A stretch of DNA of 64,000 nt from an uncultured Verrucomicrobiae bacterium (GCA_963812605.1 CAWEWF010000014.1:605003-669002), one strand, 5' to 3'. Positions 17,260 through 26,949 are shown, numbered from the stretch's first letter. The notes: generated by a model from the sequence alone, not told the origin. Made by a program: numbers and translations.

Positions 17260-18261
17260 TTATTCCGCTCCGACCTTGGCCGGCTGCCCTGTTCGCGCCG
17301 ATTCATAGATCGCCTCCATTAACAGGGCCTGCCGCAAACCCCAAATAGCAGGCGCCGGATCTTCCGCTTTCCCGAGCACGCAATCGATGAACCACCGCTG
17401 CAACGTCGGCACCGTGGGCACCGCGGGGTACCGTATCAACTTCCCATCCGCGCCCCATTGTTGAAGTCGTCCGCCATGAACGCCCGTCAGAAACTCGCCG
17501 CCCGTGGTCGATATCCGCACTCCTTCCTCCCAACCAACGACCGAGTCACCATTGATCAGGGCTGTCCCGAGCGCACCGTTCTCGTAGCGAATGCTTACGC
17601 TGCCGGTGATATCGACCGGCGCGCCGCGATTATCCGTCCAGGCGAACACTTCGCGTGGCCGAAGATCCGTCAGGTAAAGCAGCGCATTGAACACGTGCGC
17701 ACCACTGTCGTACGCCTGCCCGCCGCCCGCCGCTTCCGGATCCTGTCGCCACGTTCCTTTCGTCGCCCGCTTCCACGCTTGCGCCACGAATGCATCCGCG
17801 GCGATCACTTCTCCAATCGCGCCGCTCTTGAGCAGAGCATGGATGTATTGAAACTCCGGTGAAAACGTCCCCGGAAACGCGACGCTCAACACGCGTTTGG
17901 CTTTCGCCGCGTGCTTGATGAGTTGGCGAGCATGCTCGACGTTCACCACCATCGGCTTTTCCACGAATACGTGACAGCCGACATCCAAGGCGGCGCTGAC
18001 CTGTTCGAAGTGCTGGTTGTGCGGCGTGACGATGAGCACGGCGTCCAATTCCACCTCGGCCAGCATATTTTTATAATCAGCAAAGGTTGGCGGCTTCTTC
18101 TTAATGGGATCGAAGACTTCCCGCTGGTAGCGATCGAGATTGTCTTTGTGCGTGTCGCAAAGCGCGACAACTTCCGCTTCCGGCACCTGGGTCGTATAGA
18201 CCCGTCCATGATACCGGCTCATGCTGCCGCAGCCAATGATCCCCAACCGTACTTTATTCAT
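17260..18261 (-). CDS. Gfo/Idh/MocA family NAD(P)-dependent oxidoreductase
   Basis: The Rossmann N-terminus MNKVRLGIIGCGSMS, VFVEKPM, and a C-terminal alpha/beta domain. Confidence 0.85.
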   Translation of the reverse strand: MNKVRLGIIGCGSMSRYHGRVYTTQVPEAEVVALCDTHKDNLDRYQREVFDPIKKKPPTFADYKNMLAEVELDAVLIVTPHNQHFEQVSAALDVGCHVFVEKPMVVNVEHARQLIKHAAKAKRVLSVAFPGTFSPEFQYIHALLKSGAIGEVIAADAFVAQAWKRATKGTWRQDPEAAGGGQAYDSGAHVFNALLYLTDLRPREVFAWTDNRGAPVDITGSVSIRYENGALGTALINGDSVVGWEEGVRISTTGGEFLTGVHGGRLQQWGADGKLIRYPAVPTVPTLQRWFIDCVLGKAEDPAPAIWGLRQALLMEAIYESARTGQPAKVGAE

Positions 18262-18375
18262 AGTGCCAAAAGCCTAGCAAATGGGCTTGCCCCCGGCAAA
18301 CTATCTGGCAACGATACGGATGTGACGAAATTGACGCCAGAACAGTTCGCCCTGGTCGCGCGTGAAGTCGAGCTC

Positions 18376-19278
18376 ATGATTGGGGAAGGGGAGCGCGACG
18401 AAGTATGGCGCGTGCTCAAAATGTTCGCGGACGGGCACTTTCAACACACGTTGCAGGATTTTCCCCCAACAATTCAGTCCGAGTTTCGCAACCTGGGCCC
18501 ATCTCGGCGGAAAGATTACAACATCCTTGCCGCCGCCATTCGCGCCCTGGAGAAGGACGTGTTTGATGTTCGCGGAATCGGCCGGTTGAACTTCGAGAGG
18601 AGGGAATACGAACTCTTGAAAATCGTCAGCCGTCCGGCGCCTTCGCCGTATGCCGTGCAGGTGCCGATCTGTCTTGTCGCCGGCGTGCATGGCGATGAAG
18701 CGGATGGCATTCTCGCCGCGCTGGAGTTGGCGCGCCGCTTTGCGCGGAGCCCGCAGCTCATCTCCAACTATTCGCTGACGATCTATCCCTGCGTTAACCC
18801 TGTCGGTTACGAACGCATGACGCGGGAAAACGGCGCTGGCAAAGACTTGAACCGTGAATTCTTTCGCAATAGCACAGAAGAAGAAGTGATCGTCATGGAG
18901 CGCGAGTTACGGGCGCACGAGTTCATCGGATTCATCAGCGGGCACAGCGACTACGAGTCGTTTGGCGTTTATGCCTATGCCACCGGCGCGGTCCTGAGTG
19001 AACGGTTGGCGAAACCCGCGCTCTTTCAGGCCAGCATCATCATCCCGATCAATACCGACGCCGTGATCGACGGCCATCCCGCGCAGAACGGAATTATCAA
19101 CCAGAAGTTTCCCGGCTCGCTTGGCCCGCTGTCGAAAGGTGCAAGCGAACCGTTCGATATCACTGTCGAAACCCCGAATCTTTTCGCACTCAGCAAGCGC
19201 ATCCAAGCCCAGGCAATCGCTTTCGAAACCATTCTCCACGAATACCGCGCTGTGGCGGCTGAAGCCGTAAACTTGTAA
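18376..19278 (+). CDS. M14 / succinylglutamate desuccinylase-aspartoacylase (AstE/AspA) family zinc hydrolase
   Basis: VAGVHGDEADGILAALELAR, TIYPCVNPVGYE and GKDLNREF. The ORF-track start at 17911 is antisense to the oxidoreductase gene; starts at 18376 (ATG) or 18322 (GTG) are plausible. Confidence 0.7.
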   Translation: MIGEGERDEVWRVLKMFADGHFQHTLQDFPPTIQSEFRNLGPSRRKDYNILAAAIRALEKDVFDVRGIGRLNFERREYELLKIVSRPAPSPYAVQVPICLVAGVHGDEADGILAALELARRFARSPQLISNYSLTIYPCVNPVGYERMTRENGAGKDLNREFFRNSTEEEVIVMERELRAHEFIGFISGHSDYESFGVYAYATGAVLSERLAKPALFQASIIIPINTDAVIDGHPAQNGIINQKFPGSLGPLSKGASEPFDITVETPNLFALSKRIQAQAIAFETILHEYRAVAAEAVNL

Positions 19279-19313
19279 GCGGGGCCGATCTGGACTACAA
19301 AGGACGCTTGCAA

Positions 19314-20003
19314 ATGAAGAAATCAACTGCGCTGGTGCTATGCACTGCCCTCGCCACCGTAGCGGCCCAGGCTCAGCCGCCGAAGTCCGATCGCGACTTC
19401 GACGGGCTCAAGGGCAAAGTCCATCAGGTGAGCCATGGCAATCTCATGCCGTCCATGCAGGATAAATTACACTCCGGCGAATCGGAGACCTACGACGAGC
19501 AGGGCAATCTGGTAGCGACCGTCGTCGTGGGCGCCGATGCCTACCTCCGTCACGCCTACGCGCACTTCGATGTCCAAACCGTGTTTGAGTATTGGGGCGA
19601 GAAGCCATCCCCTCCCGGCAGCGAGGAGGATTACTCCAGGCTGTCTGCCAAATTTATCTACAAGTACGACGGCAATGGCAACCGCATCGAGAAATCCGAC
19701 TTCAACAACAAAGGCTCGCTAACGGCGACGCATAAGTATCTGTACGACCCCAAGGGCCGGCGCATCTCCGAGTCTACGGAAGTCGGCAAGGAAGTGCGTG
19801 AATTGGTGAAATTCACCTATGATGCCGCAGGCAACATCATCGGTCGGGTCAATGGCACGCAAACCACCGCTTATCGGTATGCCCAATTTGATTCCGCGGG
19901 AAACTGGACCAAGCGGATCGTCATCGGTCTGGGGATCAAAGAAGGGGAAACCCAACCCGCGCTAGTGGAATCCCTCGAAGAACGGTCGATCACCTATTAC
20001 TGA
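19314..20003 (+). CDS. Secreted protein with YD/RHS-like short repeats
   Basis: Signal peptide MKKSTALVLCTALATVAAQAQ. Repeated YDEQGNLV, YKYDGNGNRIE, YLYDPKGRRI and FTYDAAGNII units. Confidence 0.6.
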   Translation: MKKSTALVLCTALATVAAQAQPPKSDRDFDGLKGKVHQVSHGNLMPSMQDKLHSGESETYDEQGNLVATVVVGADAYLRHAYAHFDVQTVFEYWGEKPSPPGSEEDYSRLSAKFIYKYDGNGNRIEKSDFNNKGSLTATHKYLYDPKGRRISESTEVGKEVRELVKFTYDAAGNIIGRVNGTQTTAYRYAQFDSAGNWTKRIVIGLGIKEGETQPALVESLEERSITYY

Positions 20004-20010
20004 CCGCGCC

Positions 20011-21234
20011 ATGGCCTCGGACACGTGCATTGCAGTTCACTTGACATGCGACGTCTGGACGTCTAACATGCATGCCATGAGCGAGACCGAAACAAGGTAT
20101 GCACCGGGGCGGGTCCGCGATGCCATTCTTCAAGTATTATCACTTAGCTCAAAACCTCTTTCGATCAAACAGATCCAAGAACGCGTGTCTCAGGTCATTG
20201 GGCCGACGCCTACGTCGTCCGTCCGTTCCTATCTCCGTCTGAATACTCCGAAGAGTTTCGTGAGACAGGATTGGGGCGTTTATAGCGTGCGCCGCGGAGG
20301 AACACTTGGAGTTCAACGAAGTCTGTCGCACAAAGAAGCCTGGCAACCCCCTTTGCACATCGGAAGCGCTCAACTAGTTCACGCCGACTGTTTTGATTGG
20401 CTGGAGCAACAAGCGGATAAAAGTTTTCAAGCTGTCCTCACAGATCCCCCCTATGGACTGCATGAATACACCGCCGAGCAGCAATCAAAACTTCGGAGTG
20501 GGAAAGGAGGGGTCTGGCGAATTCCGCCATCGTTTGATGGTCACATGAGATCTCCGTTGCCCCGTTTCACGACTCTGACAGCGCAACAGCTTGAAGAATT
20601 GCGGAGCTTTTTCTTTGTATGGACACGCCTGCTACTGCCGAAACTGGTGCCGGGCGCGCATGTCGTTGTCGCCTCCAATCCGCTTCTGTCCTACATCGTG
20701 GCTGGAGCATTGGCGGATGCGGGCCTTGAACGCCGCGGTGAGATTATCAGACTGGTCATGACCATGCGCGGTGGGGACCGCCCCAAAGCTGCGCATGAGG
20801 AGTTTCGTGATGTGAGCGTGATGCCGCGTTCCATGTGGGAACCGTGGCTGGTATACCGAAAACCGCTGGAAGGCCGGGCCCAGGACAACTTGAGGAAATG
20901 GAAAACAGGCGGACTTCGGCGTCCGGCTTCTGATAAGCCGTTCGGCGATGTCATTCCTTCATCGCCGACGCGAAAGAATGAGCGCTTGCTGGCCCCTCAT
21001 CCCAGCCTCAAGCCACAGGCATTCCTCCGTCAAATTGTCCGTGCACTCCTGCCTTTGGGAGAGGGGACCGTGTTGGATCCCTTTGCGGGCGCGGGATCCA
21101 CCTTGGCAGCGGCCGAGGCGATTGGCTACGCCAGTATTGGGATTGAAAAGGACAGGCACTATTTCGACATCGCGGGCCGAGCCATACCGAAGCTCGCGCG
21201 GTTTCATCCTAACGGAAGTCTTTCGAGCCGGTAG
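20011..21234 (+). CDS. Beta-class N6-adenine/N4-cytosine DNA methyltransferase with an N-terminal winged-helix-like extension
   Basis: TDPPYG catalytic motif upstream of the SAM-binding VLDPFAGAGSTLAAAEAIG (order IV then I, which is the beta class). Alternative ATGs near 20068-20077. Confidence 0.85.
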   Translation: MASDTCIAVHLTCDVWTSNMHAMSETETRYAPGRVRDAILQVLSLSSKPLSIKQIQERVSQVIGPTPTSSVRSYLRLNTPKSFVRQDWGVYSVRRGGTLGVQRSLSHKEAWQPPLHIGSAQLVHADCFDWLEQQADKSFQAVLTDPPYGLHEYTAEQQSKLRSGKGGVWRIPPSFDGHMRSPLPRFTTLTAQQLEELRSFFFVWTRLLLPKLVPGAHVVVASNPLLSYIVAGALADAGLERRGEIIRLVMTMRGGDRPKAAHEEFRDVSVMPRSMWEPWLVYRKPLEGRAQDNLRKWKTGGLRRPASDKPFGDVIPSSPTRKNERLLAPHPSLKPQAFLRQIVRALLPLGEGTVLDPFAGAGSTLAAAEAIGYASIGIEKDRHYFDIAGRAIPKLARFHPNGSLSSR

Positions 21235-21833
21235 ATCCAGTTTTCCCGGAGCTTCTTGATGCCTTCGCGATGCAGTGTGGCAGTCCGCGTGCCCAATTCC
21301 CCTCGCGCATTCTTCCGAAAATCCTTGATCGTAACCTTACCCAAATAAATCTCGGTAAATGTCATGGGGTGGCGATCACGGGCTGGTTCTGTTTCCGAGT
21401 CGGTATCGTAAACAAAAACACACATCCATTGCTCTCGGGCGCCATGGGTATCAACCGCGCCCCCGGATTTTCGCGTCGTCTTGATCTCAATGCCGTCGGC
21501 GCCAGCCTTGACTGCATTGCCGGCATAGACTCCTTGCACAATGAGGTCGGGATGGCCATTGAAGTACTCATTCTCGACCAGTACGCGAGAATGCTTCGCC
21601 AGGCTCGCGGTGAGCATGTCTGATAGCACACCGGACATGATTGCGGGGCGCAACATATCGTCCAGTCGCTGCAGTCCTTTCCTGGCCAGATGCGCGTTTA
21701 CGTCATAAAAGAAGTCATAAACATCCTGCACAGCCATTTGAAAATCATGCAACCTCAGTTCGTAGGGGAGCTTTGCCGCTGGGTTGAACTTTGCCTCGTC
21801 CACAACGTTATGAATAGTGGGCATGATCGCCAT
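21204..21833 (-). CDS. Putative type II restriction endonuclease (PD-(D/E)xK)
   Basis: Convergent with the methyltransferase, with 3' ends overlapping by 31 nt. GHPDLIV ... GIEIKTTRK fits PD...ExK. No specific enzyme recognised. Confidence 0.55.
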   Translation of the reverse strand: MAIMPTIHNVVDEAKFNPAAKLPYELRLHDFQMAVQDVYDFFYDVNAHLARKGLQRLDDMLRPAIMSGVLSDMLTASLAKHSRVLVENEYFNGHPDLIVQGVYAGNAVKAGADGIEIKTTRKSGGAVDTHGAREQWMCVFVYDTDSETEPARDRHPMTFTEIYLGKVTIKDFRKNARGELGTRTATLHREGIKKLRENWIYRLERLPLG

Positions 21834-22047
21834 TCATAGCCTTCCGCGAGACGGAATTTCAAGTATTCCTTCGCCCCAGGTAATGTCCAGAGGCGTCGTC
21901 GAGACGGCCGGCCAAGTGGGTCGGCAAAAAATTCCCGTAAATAACGGTTGATTCTTGGGGCGGAGAACTGAATATTAGCGGGGTTGACCCTAATCGTTGC
22001 TTCAGCGGACGATTCGAAAAAGGAGGCTGTGTGAATCGAGGTACAGT

Positions 22048-23688
22048 ATGAAGGCGCTAAAATTCTGTTTTGGGGTGCTGCTTTTTGGGACACTCATTGC
22101 GGTCGTTCAGTTGGCCGACCCGCCCCAGGATACTCCCGCCGCAAAATTCCAACGACTACCGGACATCAGCTTGGTGAACACCGCGCAAGCCGAATGGGCC
22201 GCCGGACGAAGCGGAGTCGCGTTGCTGTTGCTCGATTACGTCATCGAGAATGATCTGCCGGACAAAAAGCAGGCCACTGAGCTTCGCCAAAAAGTCTTTA
22301 CGCAATTAGCGGCGGAAAATACGCCGGTGAGCCGGCTCAAGGCCACCGGCTGGGCGGCAACGCTGGTGGGCGGAAACTCATTCGAGAGCCTGGCTGGCAG
22401 CACTGTAGCCGACGCTGTTTTGTATGGGGACATCGCCCAGGTCGCCCGCGATGGCGGGTTCGAGGGTTACCAAGATGCCTTTACCGGTTCGCTCAATAAC
22501 ATCCTCGGCATGGCAAATGTATTTCCACCCGCCGCCGGCACGATCACGCTGGTCAAAGCCGCGCGCCGCACGGGCGCCATCAATGAGGCGCTTACACAAC
22601 AATTGAGCTCGCTCGTGGAACTCATGCAGGCCGACCCGAAATCGGCGCTGGCGGTGGAAAAATTCAAAGATAATTTCATGCCAATGTTCGAATTGGCCAG
22701 GCACTGTCGCACGTGGGGAGAATTCGAAACGATTCTGCGGCAGGCCGACAGCGCCGACCAGGTGAAGGTGCTGACCAAAATGGCTTCCGGCGCCCCGGCC
22801 GCCTCGAAACGGCTGGCCCAGGTCCTGGCGGTTGCCGCTCGTAACGGCCGGCAGACCGCGTCCGCCTGTATCGATCTGATCATGCGCCAGGGACCCAGGG
22901 GGTTGGATACGTTGTACGCCGCCATCGGCAAAGGAGCGGCGGGACTACAGTTCGTAGCGGCGCACCCCGAATTGACGCCTCGTAGTTTGGGCCCGGTGGG
23001 GAAAGCGCATCCATCGATGTTGGATTCAATGCAGGAAAAATACCAGTCGCTCCGTTACCAGTACGGGTCGATTGTGCCATTCTTGAAATATCTCTTGATC
23101 GCGATTCTCTGTGGTCTGCTGGTTCTCATGGTCGTGCCCGGTCAATATCTGGAGAAGCTGATTGCCAGGCCGGGGAGTACGCTCGCCGCGCCCAGCCCAA
23201 TTCATTTCTTGCTCTCAGCCTTGGCCGTGGGAGTGGTCGTGGCCGTGCTGGCGTATTTGCTGTCGCTCGCAGTGCGTCCTGCCGTGGAGCAAGCGGCGGT
23301 CGCGGCGGTCGCCGGTGACACGAGCGCACCCGCTGTCGGCGAAAGAACTGACAGTGCCTTCCTGTCGGGAACAGTAGTACTGATCTCCCTGGCGATTCAC
23401 GTAATCGTCTGGTTCTTTGTGAGAGGCAAGATCCGGCAGGTCGAAGACGACGAGCGGGCGACGCCCTTGCTGCGCTTGAAGCGCCTGGACAACCTCGATG
23501 TCTTCCTGGATCTACCGTTGTTTACCGGACTGGCGTTGACAGTCTTCGCCTTCATCCTGATTACGCTGGATGCAGGTATGAGCCGGCATTTCGCCTACAC
23601 CTCCACCGTGGTCGGCATCCTCTCGGCGGTGTCGCTGCGGATCTGGTATCAGTATCCGCTGAAGGAGCGTCTCATCCAAATGGAGTAG
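22048..23688 (+). CDS. Polytopic membrane protein whose last two helices resemble the ExbB/TolQ/MotA channel signature
   Basis: N-terminal TM/signal, a ~310-aa helical soluble region, then about 5 TM helices. LPLFTGLALTVFAF compares with TolQ APYVGLFGTVWGI. FAYTSTVVGILSAVS compares with TolQ EALIATAIGLFAAIP. Similarity was judged by eye only. Confidence 0.5.
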   Translation: MKALKFCFGVLLFGTLIAVVQLADPPQDTPAAKFQRLPDISLVNTAQAEWAAGRSGVALLLLDYVIENDLPDKKQATELRQKVFTQLAAENTPVSRLKATGWAATLVGGNSFESLAGSTVADAVLYGDIAQVARDGGFEGYQDAFTGSLNNILGMANVFPPAAGTITLVKAARRTGAINEALTQQLSSLVELMQADPKSALAVEKFKDNFMPMFELARHCRTWGEFETILRQADSADQVKVLTKMASGAPAASKRLAQVLAVAARNGRQTASACIDLIMRQGPRGLDTLYAAIGKGAAGLQFVAAHPELTPRSLGPVGKAHPSMLDSMQEKYQSLRYQYGSIVPFLKYLLIAILCGLLVLMVVPGQYLEKLIARPGSTLAAPSPIHFLLSALAVGVVVAVLAYLLSLAVRPAVEQAAVAAVAGDTSAPAVGERTDSAFLSGTVVLISLAIHVIVWFFVRGKIRQVEDDERATPLLRLKRLDNLDVFLDLPLFTGLALTVFAFILITLDAGMSRHFAYTSTVVGILSAVSLRIWYQYPLKERLIQME

Positions 23689-23701
23689 CGGACGGAATAT
23701 C

Positions 23702-25411
23702 ATGAAGACGTCCATCCTGATCGTCATGCTGGATTTTCTGGTGTGCTCCCTGTTGCTCTTCGTGATCGGCACAGGCGGCAAGCAGACGCAGTTCGCCACT
23801 TCCGCCCCGCCCGCGGTCCATGAAGAGTTTTCAGCCGCCGCGATGCAGGCGCAGCAGGAAGAATGGAACCGTGACTACGAGCAGCAAGGGCTCCTGGCCC
23901 AACTCAACACAACCACCACGGAAAACGAACAACTTCGCGGTCGCCTGAGTGAGACCAGCGCCACCCTCGCCGCCCGGGAAGCCAACCTCAAGGCGCTGGC
24001 AGAAGAGAAAGCACGCGTCGAACAGGCACAGACACAAACCGAGCAGGCGCTGACCACAGTGGCGAGCCAACTCGCCCGCGCCACTGCCGAGCAAACCAAA
24101 CTCCAGCAGGAAGGCAATGTGGCCAAGGAGAGTCTCGCCAAGGTCCAGACGGAATTGGCCGGTTTGCAGACCCAGCAGGCCACGCTCCAAACGGAAAAAA
24201 CACAACTTGAGCAGCACGCCCAACAGTTGGGCCAGACGGTGGCCAGCCAGCAGGCAACCATTTCCACGTTGAGCGAAGAAGTCCGCGCCTCACAAACCCG
24301 GGTCGAAGCGCAGATGGGCGACGTCGTCAAAGAGCAGCAGGAAATGAGTTCGACATTGGGACGACTGGACGAGTTCGCGCGCACGCTGCCCGCGACCATC
24401 CAAACGAATGTCACCGGCGTTCACGACGAACAGCAGGCGATGCAACAAAACGTTGCGGCGCTGGCGGAGGACGTCAAGAGCCTGCAAGAGGGCCTCAATG
24501 CGGATGAGAAGGCGCGCCTCATGCAGGCCGTTTCCGATGTCGCCAAAGGGCAACAGGAACTCCAGTCGCGTCTGGATACACTGATCAAGGCCGGGCAGAA
24601 CGATCAGATCGGGCAAAGCCTGAATACGATTGAGTCCGGTCAGGAAGCGTTGCGCCAGCAGACGGCCAAGCTGGGCGATCAAATCGAGTCCATCAAGGCC
24701 CGCGGCCCGGGCCCATTCAAGGCCGTCAAAGGCGCGCGGCTGGAATTATTGGTCGCAATTGGCAAGCGCGATTCTGCGGAGTCTCCGACCTCCCGTTTCA
24801 AATCGGCGGCTTACCCGCCGGTCGTCAATGTGGGCGGACGCTCGTTCATCGTCGCTAACGATCAGACGTTCGGATTTCGCTGGTGGGCCCTGAGCGATAT
24901 TGGTGAAATCACCCAACTAAAATATACCGTCGATAAAGCCGGTGACACGCCGTGGACCGGCACGCTATCGGCCCCCGCCTGCGCGTTGCGCGCTGATCCG
25001 CACGTGGTGGCTGCCGAACTAAGCGGCGCGGTACCCGGCTTGAGCACCATGGAATTGGCGGGTCCCGAGGCAGTCCTGCAAACCGATCAGCGCAAGCTAC
25101 AAGTCTTCAAGAGCACCGCCACGGGACTGAGCTTTGAAGTCGATACCTCTCCTGACCTGGCCGATCCGCGTTATCTGGTGGTCAAACGTCCGCTCCGCGG
25201 CGTTGCTTCCTGGTTCGAGAACCCCGCCTACCGCGCCGATACCGGCGACTACGTGGTGACCAGCGATGGGAAGCTGGTCGGCATTATGGTCGGACGGGAA
25301 AGGTGCTTCATCCTCACCAAGGACAATCTGCTGAATTGCGCCGCAACTGTTCCCCTGGCTGACGCGCGTCTCTTCCAGCCCGCCGTGGAGACCTTCCGCA
25401 AGCTCAAGTAG
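23702..25411 (+). CDS. TolR/ExbD-like TM anchor fused to a ~300-aa Q-rich coiled coil and a ~240-aa C-terminal beta-rich domain
   Basis: It starts 13 nt after the previous stop. MKTSILIVMLDFLVCSLLLFVI aligns with TolR LLDVLLVLLLIF, including the membrane-embedded Asp. Residues ~45-340 are heptad-like (LQTQQATLQTEKTQLEQHAQQL). The C-terminus contains DYVVTSDGKLVGIMVG. Confidence 0.5.
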   Translation: MKTSILIVMLDFLVCSLLLFVIGTGGKQTQFATSAPPAVHEEFSAAAMQAQQEEWNRDYEQQGLLAQLNTTTTENEQLRGRLSETSATLAAREANLKALAEEKARVEQAQTQTEQALTTVASQLARATAEQTKLQQEGNVAKESLAKVQTELAGLQTQQATLQTEKTQLEQHAQQLGQTVASQQATISTLSEEVRASQTRVEAQMGDVVKEQQEMSSTLGRLDEFARTLPATIQTNVTGVHDEQQAMQQNVAALAEDVKSLQEGLNADEKARLMQAVSDVAKGQQELQSRLDTLIKAGQNDQIGQSLNTIESGQEALRQQTAKLGDQIESIKARGPGPFKAVKGARLELLVAIGKRDSAESPTSRFKSAAYPPVVNVGGRSFIVANDQTFGFRWWALSDIGEITQLKYTVDKAGDTPWTGTLSAPACALRADPHVVAAELSGAVPGLSTMELAGPEAVLQTDQRKLQVFKSTATGLSFEVDTSPDLADPRYLVVKRPLRGVASWFENPAYRADTGDYVVTSDGKLVGIMVGRERCFILTKDNLLNCAATVPLADARLFQPAVETFRKLK

Positions 25412-25421
25412 CCGGCTACTT

Positions 25422-26414
25422 TTACTTTTTCGCTTGGATGGTTTTCGGGGCAGGGGACGGCGTCGATTTGGCGAATTTCTCTTCGAAGAAACTCATGATG
25501 CTCAGGCGATGCGCGGGAAGCGCGAGGATTGACGTGTAATGTCCGAGTAAAACGAAGTCCGCGCGCGGTTTGCCCAGGGCGTGCCAGAGCTTGATCTGAT
25601 ATCGGGTCGGGACGGAGTGGTCAAAACGCGCGATCAGCATCAGGACATCATCGCGCGCCACGTAGGGCGCCAACTTGACCGGGTCGGTGCGGATGACATC
25701 CTCCAGGTCTTTATAGACCTGCTTGCTGGTCAAATCATGGCCACGACGAATGCAATCCCAGTCTCGGCGGAGACCGAATTCGCCCGAGGATCGCATTACG
25801 CCCGCCAGCGGACCGCCGGCAAGGTCGATGACATGAACCTTCACGCGCGGCTCGACGGCGGCCAGCGCCGCATCGATAATCGCGCCATAGCTGATTCCGA
25901 AGCTGGCGATACGGCCTGCGTCCACGCCTGGTTGTTCGAGCAGCCAATCCAGGGCTTGGCGATGGCGGATCACGGCGGCGTGGAGGGTATCTTCCACCTG
26001 CGAGAGCGGGCCGTCAGGATCGAATTTGGAATGGGCGCGCTTGACGATAGCCGCATGATAGCCGCTGCTGGCGAAGACCCTCGCGCAATCATCCACGACG
26101 ATGGTGTCACTGCCGCGGATGGGAGAAATCAAGATGAGGGGGCGCGGCTCCAGCAGTTTTGGGGAGTACCAGATGATTTCAATGGGCTGAGCGGCGCCGG
26201 GTGGCAACAGGGTGACTTCCTGTACGGAATAATCTGCATGCCGTTCCGTGGTGCGGATGCCCACCGTTGGCTCGATAGCCGGATAACGATAATACTGCTC
26301 GATATCCAAGGGCAGCGGCAACGCCGTCCGTGGGGATCCGGAAGTCTGATAGGACGCGCAACCCGTCCCCGCAGCCAGCACGGCCAGCGCTGCAATCGTA
26401 CTCGTTCTCTTCAT
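25422..26414 (-). CDS. Alpha/beta-hydrolase lipoprotein
   Basis: Lipobox signal MKRTSTIAALAVLAAGTGC and nucleophile elbow FGISYGA (GxSxG). Confidence 0.75.
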   Translation of the reverse strand: MKRTSTIAALAVLAAGTGCASYQTSGSPRTALPLPLDIEQYYRYPAIEPTVGIRTTERHADYSVQEVTLLPPGAAQPIEIIWYSPKLLEPRPLILISPIRGSDTIVVDDCARVFASSGYHAAIVKRAHSKFDPDGPLSQVEDTLHAAVIRHRQALDWLLEQPGVDAGRIASFGISYGAIIDAALAAVEPRVKVHVIDLAGGPLAGVMRSSGEFGLRRDWDCIRRGHDLTSKQVYKDLEDVIRTDPVKLAPYVARDDVLMLIARFDHSVPTRYQIKLWHALGKPRADFVLLGHYTSILALPAHRLSIMSFFEEKFAKSTPSPAPKTIQAKK

Positions 26415-26580
26415 CCCGGATGCTGTAATCTAGCACAGGTTGGGCCAATTCACCGTGGTGCGCTCGTCTCTGCAAGTCGGTGGTAGACACCGCCTTGACA
26501 AGGTTCGGCAATCCTGCTACGTAGATTGTGAAATTTGGAACAAGCGTTGGAGGGTTGGAAGCATTTTGACCGGTTACGTG

Positions 26581-26949
26581 ATGGATTCATACACAAACCA
26601 ATACCTGTTTATCATCGTGTTTTTCGCGGTCGCCGTGGGTTTTCCGCTGGCCCCGCTCATTATCGCGCGCCTGGTCGCGCCGCGCCGTCCCACGCCGTCA
26701 AAAAATGAGATCTATGAGTGCGGTTTGGTCTCCAAGGGCGATGCGTGGGTGCAGTTCCGGGTCGGTTACTACATCTACGCGCTAATGTATGTCATTTTTG
26801 CGGTCGAAACAGTGTTCCTGTACCCGTGGGCCGTCGCGTTTGGCGGGCTGAGCTTCGGAGCGTTCCTTGCCATGATGATTTTCGTATTGTTGCTCGTGGA
26901 AGGGCTCGTCTACGCGTGGGCCAAGGGCGCCCTGGATTGGAAGTCGTAG
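26581..26949 (+). CDS. nuoA: NADH:quinone oxidoreductase subunit A
   Basis: YECG and FAVETVFLYPWA motifs with three TM helices. ATG at 26581. Confidence 0.9.
   Translation: MDSYTNQYLFIIVFFAVAVGFPLAPLIIARLVAPRRPTPSKNEIYECGLVSKGDAWVQFRVGYYIYALMYVIFAVETVFLYPWAVAFGGLSFGAFLAMMIFVLLLVEGLVYAWAKGALDWKS

Noticed and set aside
17911-18375. N-terminal 155 aa of ORF 17911..19278
   Set aside because: This part is antisense to the Gfo/Idh/MocA gene. The M14-like homology begins well after 18376.
21997-25411. Assigning the membrane pair to Zorya (ZorAB) or to flagellar MotAB / gliding GldLM
   Set aside because: In Zorya the long coiled-coil tail is on the MotA-like subunit, and ZorB has a peptidoglycan-binding domain. 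Here the coiled coil is on the TolR/ExbD-like subunit, no OmpA/PG-binding motif is visible, and no ZorC/D/E-like genes follow. GldL/GldM sizes and topology do not fit either. It is kept as an unclassified stator-like pair.
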